The translations under genes and the position numbers were made by a program. Source: a virus. Taken from it: a DNA stretch of 64,000 nucleotides. This document shows, in pieces, positions 18,427 through 27,968 of this stretch. The notes beneath the pieces were generated by a model. The model made no database searches and was not told the DNA's origin. It saw only the letters and a list, made by a program, of their open reading frames with translations. The stretch's first letter is position 1. Every line of letters starts with the position of its first letter. The stretch covers positions 22,080 through 86,079 of IMG/VR virus record IMGVR_UViG_3300045110_000277. One strand, given 5' to 3'.

Positions 18427-20886
18427 ATGACTCTGTTCACGCGCACCGCCTCGGACAGCGCCGCTGTCTCCGAGTCGGTTGCGCGCGTGTGCAGGCACCC
18501 GCGCAGCACGTCGGACAGCGTGCCCGTCGCCGAGGCGCACACCCGGTCTGTCCACCGGTTCAAGACGACCTCGGACTCGGCGGTGGTGTCCGAGTCGAAC
18601 ATCATCCTGGGTCCGCTGATCAACCTGAGCGTGCCGGTCGGTGGGGTGAACGCGGCGACCGGCCAGCTGCCGACGGAGGTGCTCGGCGCGTACTACGAGG
18701 TGGCCCTGGCAGCGGCCGTTGGCGCCTACGCTTCCGGCCAGCCGGTCGGGATCTACCTGGGCGCGCTGAGCTACATCTTCGACTTCGACTGCCCCGAGGT
18801 GCAGGTCGGTGGCCGGCTGCCGTCGCTGTTCGTCGGCACCCCCGGGGTGGACGGGGACTTCTTCGGCCTGCCGATCATCTTGTCCGGGCTCAGTGGCACC
18901 GGGACGTTCAGTCTGCAGGGTGCCACGGTGGAGACCGGCGAGCAGGACGCGCTGAACGCCCTGGAGCCCACCGGCGGCCGGGTGGTGGTGCCGACCGCGA
19001 TCCAGATCGGCGCGACGGTCAACGTGCCGGACGCGACCCCGGCCAGCTTCACCGCGGTGCAGGCCACCATCGGCCCGCTGACGGTGCGCCGGGTGTTCTC
19101 CTCCAGCCTGCCCACGCACATGCCCGCGGGCATCGCGGGCATCGTCGCGTTCTACTCGTTCAAGTCGAACACGACCATCCAGGACCTCATCAACGGCGTG
19201 CATGACGCGGCGGTGCGAACGCTCGTTCAGAGCCTGCCCAACGGCACGTACCTGACCAGCTACCACGAGCCCGAGAACGACATGGACGGCGACACCTTCG
19301 TCGCGCTCATGGACCACCTGTATCCGCTGGTGAAGTCGATCAACCCGACGATCCAGTTCGGCCCGGTCTACATGACGTACTGGTGGCGCCCGTCGCTGTC
19401 GGGCGTGGGCAAGCCGGGCAACGGTCACAACCCGCAGCCGAAGGACTCGTGGGAGCCGCACGACTACGACTTCCTGGGGTGTGACAACTACGCGCAGCCG
19501 CCGCAGACCCCGCTGGAGCTGGCCTCCGACACGACGTTCCAGAACTGGTACACCTGGGCGAAGGCGAAGGCGAACGCGGCCAACGTGCCGGTGTGCATCG
19601 TGGAGTACGGCGCGGGCGCGATCACCTCGGGCATGACCGGGGGCGAGCGGGCCACCATGGAGGCTGCTCGCGCGGTCGTCATCGCCAACGACGGCACGTA
19701 CGTGGCCAGCGAGCCCACCATCGGCATGTGGCTGCTGTGGGACGGCACCGGCGCTGCTGGTGACTGGTTCCTGCACGACAGCGCCAGCCAGGCCGCGTGG
19801 GCGGCCATCGCCTCGGGCGGCAGCACCACCGGCACGGCGTTCGCGGGCATCGGCGACAAGAGCATCTGGATGCAGTTCACCGCGCCGCTGGACGGCACCT
19901 TCACCTTCACGGTGGACGACGCCTCGACGCCGGACTACCGGCTGGCCATCTACCACGGCGAGGCCATCGACGACCCGGCGATGGTGCTGCTCGGCGAGGT
20001 GTTCGCCAACGGCTCGACGGACCCGACGCTCTCGGTGGAGTTCAGCCGGGGCGAGTCGTACTACGTCTACGTCAACAAGGTCGACGGCACGAGCACCACG
20101 TACCCGCTGCAGAGCTACACCTGGTCGTTCGGCCCGGCCGTGCTCGGCCCGGTGCTGACCATCGACCCGAACATCCTGGACCGGGTGCCAACGGGCCTTG
20201 TCGTCTCGTTGGTGAACATGCTCGACGGCGGTGAGGCGGTCGACTTCACCCTGGTCGGCAACGCCAGCGTGCTGGCCACCTTGCAGGCCGACGAGCAGGG
20301 CACCATCGTCGGCGTCACGGTGCCGCTGGGTCTGCCGCTGTCGGCGGGCACGTACACCCTGCAGGCCACCGGCGAGTCCTCCGGCCGCGTCGGCTCCTGC
20401 ACCTTCCAGCTGCTCAACGACCCGATGACTCGGCCGGCGCCGCCGCCCGACGACGTGCCGGTCTCGCCGCCAACGCAGGTTGGCATCCAGCGGTGGGTGT
20501 TCCAGGACCCGATGCCCGGCGGCCTGGCCACGCTGGTGTTCCCGGCGAACCCGGAGAAGGCGAGCAGCTTCTACGCCCCGGTGCCGGTCACGGTCGAGCA
20601 CACCGTCGCGCAGGACGGCACCGCGGTGGTCTGGGAGGGCGCACCCACGGCGCTGGCCGCGCAGTTCAGCGGCTACACCACCGACGAGACGTTCTACCTG
20701 GCGGTCGAGGCGTACGCCGCGCTGAACCGCAAGTTCTACCTGATCGACCACCGCAGCAAGGTGTGGGTGGTCGCGCTGACCAGCTTCGGCCCGGACCGGC
20801 GCATCGTGCAGCCGGTGCATCAGACCGACTCGTCGTGGGCGTGCAACTACACCGCGACCGTGATGATCTTTGCGGGGCCGATGTGA
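18427..20886 (+). CDS. Minor tail protein with GH26-like glycoside hydrolase domain
   Basis: YHEPEND, DFLGCDNY and IVEYG clan GH-A motifs; N-terminal RTxSDS repeats. Confidence 0.65.
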   Translation: MTLFTRTASDSAAVSESVARVCRHPRSTSDSVPVAEAHTRSVHRFKTTSDSAVVSESNIILGPLINLSVPVGGVNAATGQLPTEVLGAYYEVALAAAVGAYASGQPVGIYLGALSYIFDFDCPEVQVGGRLPSLFVGTPGVDGDFFGLPIILSGLSGTGTFSLQGATVETGEQDALNALEPTGGRVVVPTAIQIGATVNVPDATPASFTAVQATIGPLTVRRVFSSSLPTHMPAGIAGIVAFYSFKSNTTIQDLINGVHDAAVRTLVQSLPNGTYLTSYHEPENDMDGDTFVALMDHLYPLVKSINPTIQFGPVYMTYWWRPSLSGVGKPGNGHNPQPKDSWEPHDYDFLGCDNYAQPPQTPLELASDTTFQNWYTWAKAKANAANVPVCIVEYGAGAITSGMTGGERATMEAARAVVIANDGTYVASEPTIGMWLLWDGTGAAGDWFLHDSASQAAWAAIASGGSTTGTAFAGIGDKSIWMQFTAPLDGTFTFTVDDASTPDYRLAIYHGEAIDDPAMVLLGEVFANGSTDPTLSVEFSRGESYYVYVNKVDGTSTTYPLQSYTWSFGPAVLGPVLTIDPNILDRVPTGLVVSLVNMLDGGEAVDFTLVGNASVLATLQADEQGTIVGVTVPLGLPLSAGTYTLQATGESSGRVGSCTFQLLNDPMTRPAPPPDDVPVSPPTQVGIQRWVFQDPMPGGLATLVFPANPEKASSFYAPVPVTVEHTVAQDGTAVVWEGAPTALAAQFSGYTTDETFYLAVEAYAALNRKFYLIDHRSKVWVVALTSFGPDRRIVQPVHQTDSSWACNYTATVMIFAGPM

Positions 20887-22181
20887 CGCAGCGGTGGACG
20901 TTCCTGGACCCCGACAACGGCGTCGTGGAGTACGTGTTCGAGCGCAACCCGAAGCAGGTCGGCTCGCCGTACCCGAACAAGAAGCTCGACACGTTGAGCA
21001 CCGGTGCCACCGCGACGCCGAACATCCGCGGGTTGAAGCAGCCGGACACCCCGGTCGAGTGGTCGTTCACCGGCACCCTGGCCAGCCAGGCGATGTACGA
21101 CCAGCTGCTGTCGTGGTCGGCGGTGCGCAAGCTCGTGCAGGTCATCGACGACCTGGGCCGCACGTACAACATCCTGCCGACCGGCGTGGAGTTCTCCGAC
21201 CGCGCGCCGACTCCGCGGCACCCGGTGCGCTACGAGTACACCTTCAAGGCGTTGCTGTTCCCGACGCTGGTCACGCCCAACCCGGTAGCCATCGACCAGC
21301 CGGTGTTTGTCGGGCGCCCCATCCTCGACCCGCCGTCGTACGTGCCGTCCGACCCGAGCCTGCCGACCCCGCCGGAGACCACGCCGGGCACGCCGGTGCC
21401 GCCCGTCACGCCGCCGACGCCGCCCGGAGCGGACGCCACGATCAAGTGGGGCTCGGCCTTCGGCTCGAACCTGTCCTGGCAGCTGACCAACTTCCCGGCA
21501 GCCAAGAGCGCGCGGCACTTCACCACGCCGATCACGCTGTACAGCAGCAGCTCGGCCAGTCACCGGATGCCGACGCCCGCGGAGATCTGGGAGTCGGCCA
21601 AGCCCGACCCGGCGTCGGTGATCAACGGCTCGATGAACAGCCTCATCGACGCCTGGATCGCCAGCTGGACCCGCGACGTGGTGCTCACCTTCTGGCACGA
21701 GCCCGAGCAGGGCCAGCCCAACTACCGGGTACCGCCGGCCACCTGGGTACCGATGCAGCGGGTGCTGCTCGCTCGCGTCGCCGCGGTGGGCAACTCGCAC
21801 GTGAAGACCGCGGGCATCCTGATGAGCTACACGCTGAGCTTTGGCAACAGCCGGGTCGACTCGTACTTCAAGCCCAGCGGCACGCTGATCGGCTTCGACT
21901 ACTACGCCTTCGACTGCTACAAGCCGGCGCACACGATCCTGGCGATGAACTGGGCGCAGAGCAACGGCGTCGCCTGGGCCATCCCGGAGTGGGGCACCAG
22001 CACCGGCCCTGGTGGGGACGCGGACACCAAGGCGCAGCTGATCCAGATGGTCTCCGACGTGTCGGGTTACAAGCCGCACGCAGTCATGTACTTCGACGCC
22101 CCGGTCGGCCCGCACCTGAGCCCCCTGCTGATCAACGCTCCGCTGACCGACTCGTACCTGAAGGGACTGGCCGGCCCATGA
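20883..22181 (+). CDS. Distal-tail-like protein fused to a GH26-like domain
   Basis: N-terminal tail domain, Pro/Thr linker, then FWHEPE, FDYYAFDCY, IPEWG. Confidence 0.6.
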   Translation: MTQRWTFLDPDNGVVEYVFERNPKQVGSPYPNKKLDTLSTGATATPNIRGLKQPDTPVEWSFTGTLASQAMYDQLLSWSAVRKLVQVIDDLGRTYNILPTGVEFSDRAPTPRHPVRYEYTFKALLFPTLVTPNPVAIDQPVFVGRPILDPPSYVPSDPSLPTPPETTPGTPVPPVTPPTPPGADATIKWGSAFGSNLSWQLTNFPAAKSARHFTTPITLYSSSSASHRMPTPAEIWESAKPDPASVINGSMNSLIDAWIASWTRDVVLTFWHEPEQGQPNYRVPPATWVPMQRVLLARVAAVGNSHVKTAGILMSYTLSFGNSRVDSYFKPSGTLIGFDYYAFDCYKPAHTILAMNWAQSNGVAWAIPEWGTSTGPGGDADTKAQLIQMVSDVSGYKPHAVMYFDAPVGPHLSPLLINAPLTDSYLKGLAGP

Positions 22182-24355
22182 GGCTCGTGACCGACGACAC
22201 CAACGCCGCGTGGCAGGCCGCTTTCAAGGGCGGTGACACGCGACCGGTCGTTCGCGCGACCATCCAGAAGATGGACGTGAAGCTGTGCCCGTACAAGCGG
22301 CCCACGCAGAACGGGGTCGCGGGCAACAGCGGTGTCTTCGCCAGCGCCATCTTCGGCCAGGACTTCCAGCCGGTCGAGCTACCCAACCTGGCCAGCGTGA
22401 AGTGGACGCGCTCGGTGGACCAGGACGTGGCCCAATGCGACATCGTGATCTGGAACACCGAGCGCCTGGCGGTCGGCGAGGTGCCACCCGACGACGTGAG
22501 CTTCGACAAGCCCGGCTACATGACGTTCAACCGCGGCGTGGACCCGGCCGCCGTCAGCCGGTGGGGGTACGCGGCCAATGGCTGGCGTGACCTGCTGGTG
22601 CCCGACCGGATCATCCGCACCTTTGAGGGCTACGGCTTCGACCCGTCAGTCACCCCGGAGGCCGACCCGAACCTGTACCCCTCCGGTGTGTGGCTGATCG
22701 ACGACGTGGAGTACAGCGCCGACGGCACGATCAAGGTGTCCTGCCGCGACATGGGCCGGGTGCTGCTCGACCAAATCTTCTTCCCGCCGGTCGTGCCGTT
22801 CAGCGAGTACCCGTTCACCTGGATCCCGGACCAGACGGTGCCCGGCCCGCCGAAGCTGACCACCTCCAGCGGGTGGAAGCGCCCGGTGTACGAGACCGAC
22901 TCGGGCATCCCGTACATCGGCAAGGGCTTCACCGACGGGTCGTTCCCCTACGTCGACTCCACCGGTGCGGTGCTGGGCCACCATGGGCGCTACGCCTTCG
23001 ACACCAACGTGGCGAGCTACTGGCTCTCGGTCGGCAACGAGGCCAGCTGGAGCTCGGCGTTCGAGTACGTGCAGGGTGCCATCAGCGGCGCTGTCCACGC
23101 GGTGCAGCTGAAGACCTGGGGCGGTCCGTACCTGGTCTACGTCAGCCTGTGGGATGGCAGCAAGTGGCTGGGCAGCCGCAAGATCCCTTACCGCGCAAGG
23201 GTTGTGGACACCAACGCCGATATCCCGTTCGTCGACTCGTTCACCGCGGGCAAGTCGACAACGACCGTTCGCGCCCTGCCCAAGGCGTACGCCGGCATCA
23301 CCAAGATCCGGCTCACCTTCACCGACCTCTACAACAGCGGCATCGGCGAGTTCAAGTACCGCGCGGGCTGCTACGACATCCAGGTCAACGAGTCGGTGGT
23401 CACCAGCACGCCCACCACGATGGTCATCGGGAACATGGCCGACTACACCGACATCGTGAAGTGGGTCTGCGCGTGGGGCGGGTTCTTCTGGCCCGACGAG
23501 TCCACCGGCTTCGACTATCTGACCAACGCGGACGGGACGACAACGAACGTTGTCGCCTCCACCCCGGATCCCGTGCTGCCCACTGGGCGGGTGTGGGGCG
23601 ACTTCGAGGGGACGGGCACCAACAGCCTGATCCCGCTCACCCCGGACATCTGGGACAAGAAGCCGCTGATGGACTCGATCACGTACGTGCGCAACATCGT
23701 CAACTTCATCTTCTTCATCGACGAGACCGGCGGCGTGGTCTGGCGGAGCCCGAACATCTGGCAGGAGGGCAACTACATCGGCGGTGGGCTCAACGACGCC
23801 GATATCGGCCGGACCACCGAGGGCCGCACGTCCACGGTGTACGTCATCGACGAGCAGGACACCATCCTGGGGCTGCGGCCCAAGCTGAGCAGCCGGGCGA
23901 TGCGCGAGCGGTACTTCGTGGCCAACACCGACGGCGCGTTCGGCGCGGTGTCACCGCCCATCGGCAGCGTCAGCTACAACCCGTACCCGTCGGGGCTGCG
24001 CCGGGTGGCCGGCTGGACTGACCAGCACTTCTCCACGCAGGCGGAGTGCCAGATCATGGCCGACCTGATCGCGGTCCGCTCGATGTTCGAGTACCGCACC
24101 AACGTGGTCACCGTGCCCGGCAACCCGGGCCTGCAGGTGGACGACCAGGTGCGGATCATGGAGCGGGTCACCGGCGAGACGTACCTGCACTACGTCCGGG
24201 GCATCACCAGCGACTGGGACGCCAAGAGCGGCAAGTGGACGTACGAGATCGAGACCCACTGGCTGGGCCTGACGCCGTTCAGCAACTGGGCGTTCGACCC
24301 GTCGCTGCTGTCGGCTGAGACCAAGCAGTACCTCACGGCATTGGGGAAGATCTGA
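22178..24355 (+). CDS. Baseplate hub / tail tip protein
   Basis: VPGNPGLQVDDQV and FFIDETGGVVW hub-type motifs; ATG 22178. Confidence 0.7.
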   Translation: MRLVTDDTNAAWQAAFKGGDTRPVVRATIQKMDVKLCPYKRPTQNGVAGNSGVFASAIFGQDFQPVELPNLASVKWTRSVDQDVAQCDIVIWNTERLAVGEVPPDDVSFDKPGYMTFNRGVDPAAVSRWGYAANGWRDLLVPDRIIRTFEGYGFDPSVTPEADPNLYPSGVWLIDDVEYSADGTIKVSCRDMGRVLLDQIFFPPVVPFSEYPFTWIPDQTVPGPPKLTTSSGWKRPVYETDSGIPYIGKGFTDGSFPYVDSTGAVLGHHGRYAFDTNVASYWLSVGNEASWSSAFEYVQGAISGAVHAVQLKTWGGPYLVYVSLWDGSKWLGSRKIPYRARVVDTNADIPFVDSFTAGKSTTTVRALPKAYAGITKIRLTFTDLYNSGIGEFKYRAGCYDIQVNESVVTSTPTTMVIGNMADYTDIVKWVCAWGGFFWPDESTGFDYLTNADGTTTNVVASTPDPVLPTGRVWGDFEGTGTNSLIPLTPDIWDKKPLMDSITYVRNIVNFIFFIDETGGVVWRSPNIWQEGNYIGGGLNDADIGRTTEGRTSTVYVIDEQDTILGLRPKLSSRAMRERYFVANTDGAFGAVSPPIGSVSYNPYPSGLRRVAGWTDQHFSTQAECQIMADLIAVRSMFEYRTNVVTVPGNPGLQVDDQVRIMERVTGETYLHYVRGITSDWDAKSGKWTYEIETHWLGLTPFSNWAFDPSLLSAETKQYLTALGKI

Positions 24356-24783
24356 TGGCCTTCGACGCTTGGCGTCACCTCAAGGACGTGGGTGACAGCG
24401 ACGACCGGCACCGGGAGAACAGCTCGCGGCTGGCGCACGCCTACATCCGCACCGACTCCACCGGGTGGGGCGAGGTCACCTACGACAACCCGTTCGTGTT
24501 CGGCGTGCGGTTCATCGACAAGCCGTACGTGGCCTACAGCTTCGACGTGGACGACACCACCGACGTGGTGGACACCCGGTACCCGCGGGCGTGCGGGTTC
24601 ATCTACCGCTGGCAGATCGACTCCCGCGGCTTCTACACCGGGGCGTACATGGCGGTCACTGTGGACGACCAGTCCACGTTCATCACCGCGGTCGGCGACA
24701 GCCCGAACTACCTGCTGCACCACCACTTCTCCTTCTCGGGCATCGCCATGAAGTCGGTGCCCGACTACCTGGCGCAGGGCTAG
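24355..24783 (+). CDS. Minor tail protein
   Basis: Translationally coupled; beta-rich. Confidence 0.55.
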   Translation: MAFDAWRHLKDVGDSDDRHRENSSRLAHAYIRTDSTGWGEVTYDNPFVFGVRFIDKPYVAYSFDVDDTTDVVDTRYPRACGFIYRWQIDSRGFYTGAYMAVTVDDQSTFITAVGDSPNYLLHHHFSFSGIAMKSVPDYLAQG

Positions 24784-24785
24784 CC

Positions 24786-25604
24786 GTGGTCTGGGGGCCG
24801 TGGCTTCCGTCGCCGCAGATCGTGGTGACGGCGACCATGCCGTGGGAGCAGGTGCAGGGCGCGGAGTCGTTCGTCCACCACGGCGACACCACCGTCGACC
24901 CGTTGCAGATCGGGTCGACGCAGGCTTCCGTGCAGGCGACCGGCGGGTCGGACGCGGCCTTTGAGTCGCCCAACTCGATGCCCGGCCTGGCCGTACCGTG
25001 GACCGCCACGATGTTGCAGGACTTCAGCTTCTTCACCATGTCGGTGACGTACTCGGTGGCCTACAACCGGGCCATCATCGACTGCTCGCCGACGTTGAAC
25101 AGCTACCCGACGCCGGACGACAACGCGGTCGGGGTGCTCGGCGACATCCAGATGCACGGGGGCACCGACACGTTCGTGGCGTGGCAGACCGGCTCGATGG
25201 ACTGGACCCCGCTGGTCGACTTCGGCGCGACGTTCGGGCTGCGGCTGCGCCAGACGCCCTACGTCAACGCCAGCTCGTTCTTCTGGGACCCCTACGACGA
25301 CACCGGTCGCTTCGCCGAGCTGACCGCCGCCGACGTGGTGGACATCCCGCCGTACCCCGCCGCCGACTTCTCGATCTGGTGCCAGCCCGCGTTCGACTAC
25401 TCCGCCATCAGCGAGTCCGACCTGGTGACCGTGTTCTCCGGGCTGGACGAGGCCGGCGGCTCGTGGGCGCTGAACAGCATCACCTTGCAGGCCGTGGTCC
25501 AGCCGCCCGACTACCGTCAATGGCTGGACCTGGTGCCCAACCTCAGCGGCGGCATCCAGCAGCCGGTCGTCCACTTCATCACCACGCGGAGGCGGCTCGG
25601 ATGA
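24786..25604 (+). CDS. Putative minor tail / receptor-binding protein
   Basis: GTG 24786; acidic, aromatic-rich. Confidence 0.5.
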   Translation: MVWGPWLPSPQIVVTATMPWEQVQGAESFVHHGDTTVDPLQIGSTQASVQATGGSDAAFESPNSMPGLAVPWTATMLQDFSFFTMSVTYSVAYNRAIIDCSPTLNSYPTPDDNAVGVLGDIQMHGGTDTFVAWQTGSMDWTPLVDFGATFGLRLRQTPYVNASSFFWDPYDDTGRFAELTAADVVDIPPYPAADFSIWCQPAFDYSAISESDLVTVFSGLDEAGGSWALNSITLQAVVQPPDYRQWLDLVPNLSGGIQQPVVHFITTRRRLG

Positions 25605-26149
25605 CGTACGACTGGTTCGACAACAGCACCTCTGGCGGCTTCGGCGACTACGGCATCTGCAGCGAGGGCGTCATCGAGCGCGGCTCGGGCGGTGCGCACA
25701 TCGGGCAGTTCACCGAGGGCATCTTCTTCGGGAACGGGACGCCAACGGCCCTTGTCGGCGGGGAGCGCGTCTGCCGGCCGCCGACCGGGACGGGGCACTT
25801 CCTGCGCCACCTGGTCGTGTGGTGGACCGACGCCTCGATGACCACCAGCGTGGACGGCACCCATGACCTGTACGACACCGACTACCTGAAGACGGTGGAC
25901 CCGGCGTACCCCACGGGTTACAGCGGCGACGACATCACCGCCAGCCTGACCGCGCCAGCCGGGGCCACGTACTGGTCGTGGGCCATCCTCGACGAGGGCC
26001 CGTACGACGGCAGCGGGACGACCAGCTCCGACCCGGGCTCGTACTCGCCGTACACCGCTGCTGATACCGCGGTGGCCCTCCTGAGCGCCTGCTCCGCGGC
26101 TCCCGATCTGTCGGGGTTCGTCCATGCGGGTGAAGTCCACTTCTCGTAG
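25601..26149 (+). CDS. Hypothetical virion protein
   Basis: ATGA overlap; C-terminus (PDLSG...VHF) resembles that of the preceding gene. Confidence 0.55.
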   Translation: MTYDWFDNSTSGGFGDYGICSEGVIERGSGGAHIGQFTEGIFFGNGTPTALVGGERVCRPPTGTGHFLRHLVVWWTDASMTTSVDGTHDLYDTDYLKTVDPAYPTGYSGDDITASLTAPAGATYWSWAILDEGPYDGSGTTSSDPGSYSPYTAADTAVALLSACSAAPDLSGFVHAGEVHFS

Positions 26150-26235
26150 GACCTCTGGCCGGTGTCAGATTCGCCCCGGCTGGGGACGATGGACACATGA
26201 GATGCGAACGCTCGTTGGCGGGGAGGAACTGGGTC

Positions 26236-26748
26236 GTGACGATGCTGGGCTTGGGGCTTCCCGATCTGCCTCCACACCCGGCCACGGCCGGAGCGTCCCT
26301 GGTCGTTAGCGGGGTCGGCACCGTCGTCGCGGTCCTCAGCTCCACCATCGAGGAGAATGCAGCCGTTCGCAGCATCCTGTTCATCGGTGGCATCTGCGCC
26401 GCCCTGGCCGGCATCGCGGTACTGGCCCGCACGGTGGCCAAGGGCGCGTTCTGGGGCGTCCGGGCAGCGGACGGCATGGGGGACTTGATGGGTGACCCGA
26501 AGGCGAATCCGCCCGTCCCTGGTCTGGGCGACCGGATGGAGCGGATGGAGGCCACGGTCGACGACGTGCAGCGAACGCTCAAGGGCAAGGTGGAGCAGGA
26601 CGCTGCGCGAGCCGAGCAGGACGACGAGCGGTGGCGCAAGGTCGACCAGATGCACGACCGACAGACCGAGATCCACGACTTGCTCAGCAAGCTCGCAGGG
26701 AACGCCGGACCGGCTGACCGCGAGCCCCCCGATGAGGAGCTTGCCTGA
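26236..26748 (+). CDS. Two-TM membrane protein with coiled C-terminus (lysis region)
   Basis: Two hydrophobic segments; GGAGG RBS. Confidence 0.65.
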   Translation: MTMLGLGLPDLPPHPATAGASLVVSGVGTVVAVLSSTIEENAAVRSILFIGGICAALAGIAVLARTVAKGAFWGVRAADGMGDLMGDPKANPPVPGLGDRMERMEATVDDVQRTLKGKVEQDAARAEQDDERWRKVDQMHDRQTEIHDLLSKLAGNAGPADREPPDEELA

Positions 26749-27110
26749 TGGCTGACCACGCAGCGCCCGGCACCGGATGGCTGAACCTGCTCGACAAGGT
26801 ACCTCCGGCCGTGCGGCACGCCCTCATCCTGCTCATCGGTGCTGGCCTGAGCTACGCCTCGGCGCACCTGCCGGACCTGCACCTCCAGCAGCCGTACCCG
26901 AACTTGCTCGGCGGCGCGCTGGCGATGCTCCTGCTGATCGTCACCCCGCTCACCTCGCAGTACGGCGTGGGCAAGAAGGTGGACGACGCGGCCCAGGCCC
27001 AGGCGGACCTGGACGCAGCCGTACAGCTCGTGCTGGGGGCGGCCAAGGACGCTGCAGCTGCCAAGCTGGGCGCGCCAACGGACGTTGCCGTCCAGCCTCC
27101 TGTGGCATAG
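26748..27110 (+). CDS. Putative holin
   Basis: Two TM segments, TPLTxQYGVG motif, end of virion module. Confidence 0.55.
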   Translation: MADHAAPGTGWLNLLDKVPPAVRHALILLIGAGLSYASAHLPDLHLQQPYPNLLGGALAMLLLIVTPLTSQYGVGKKVDDAAQAQADLDAAVQLVLGAAKDAAAAKLGAPTDVAVQPPVA

Positions 27111-27315
27111 CCCACGGAACCGAATGGCTCTTGTGTGCGTCGCCTGTGGACGACGAACGGGAGCGTGTCCACAGATTCTGCTGATCCGGTAACAAACTCG
27201 GCGCGGCGGCTTGTAACCGTGTCCAAAGGGGTTATGGTCTCCTTCGCGCCAGACCCTGCGTGATCGACCGATCACCTTTCCCTGGGAGCTGGCTGTCTAA
27301 ACAGGGGAGGCTCGG

Positions 27316-27540
27316 GTGCTGGAAGCGGTACCCGAGTTGATCGGGGACGGGGCCGAGTCGCTACAGGCGGCGCTCAGCTACCTACTGGCTGCTATCGGTC
27401 CTGCCTCCCTGTTCAACCTCAAGACCGCCGTCGAGGCCGCTCGGGTCGACGGTGTAAGCGGTGAGCTGACGATCCACGTGCCCCGCAAGGTCGGAGAGCG
27501 CGTCGAGGTCGACTGGCAGTCCAACGCCCGGCCCCGCTGA
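27316..27540 (+). CDS. Small hypothetical protein
   Basis: GGGGAGG RBS; atypical codon usage. Confidence 0.5.
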   Translation: MLEAVPELIGDGAESLQAALSYLLAAIGPASLFNLKTAVEAARVDGVSGELTIHVPRKVGERVEVDWQSNARPR

Positions 27541-27968
27541 CTCACATCGTGGACAATCTTGAGCCCGAGTCTGGGTCCATTTGAGCGTAGACGGGCTGCC
27601 AACGCTCGTTGACATAGGTACTTTGGGCTAGGACCTTGCGCTCTGTCGGACCCTGTGGTTAGAGTCCGGGTCACTCGTTCGGCCGGTTCGCATCCCCCGT
27701 CGTTCCGGCTGGATGGGGCTCCTCCCGGGAGAGCGGGTCTCGCTTCACCCCGGGAGGGGCATCAACTTCACAGGTCGGTGACGACCACCAGGCACGCGGC
27801 AAGAGCCGGTGCGTGGGCCATCCCCGAGAAGACTCGGAGGGCGGCGATCAAGGTAGGGCTTCGGCCCTGTCCTGGTCGTCGCCCTTTGCGTTACTCGGGA
27901 GCGGCCATGCACACGCTCGGCGTCATTGCGTTCGTCATCACATGCCTGTTCATTGCGGCCCTCGCGCT

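Noticed and set aside
5310-22115. Very long antisense ORFs (e.g. 5310-7706, 9495-12200, 15538-18111, 18352-20820)
   Set aside because: Shadow frames of high-GC3 genes: repetitive Arg/Gly/Val/His composition and no motifs.
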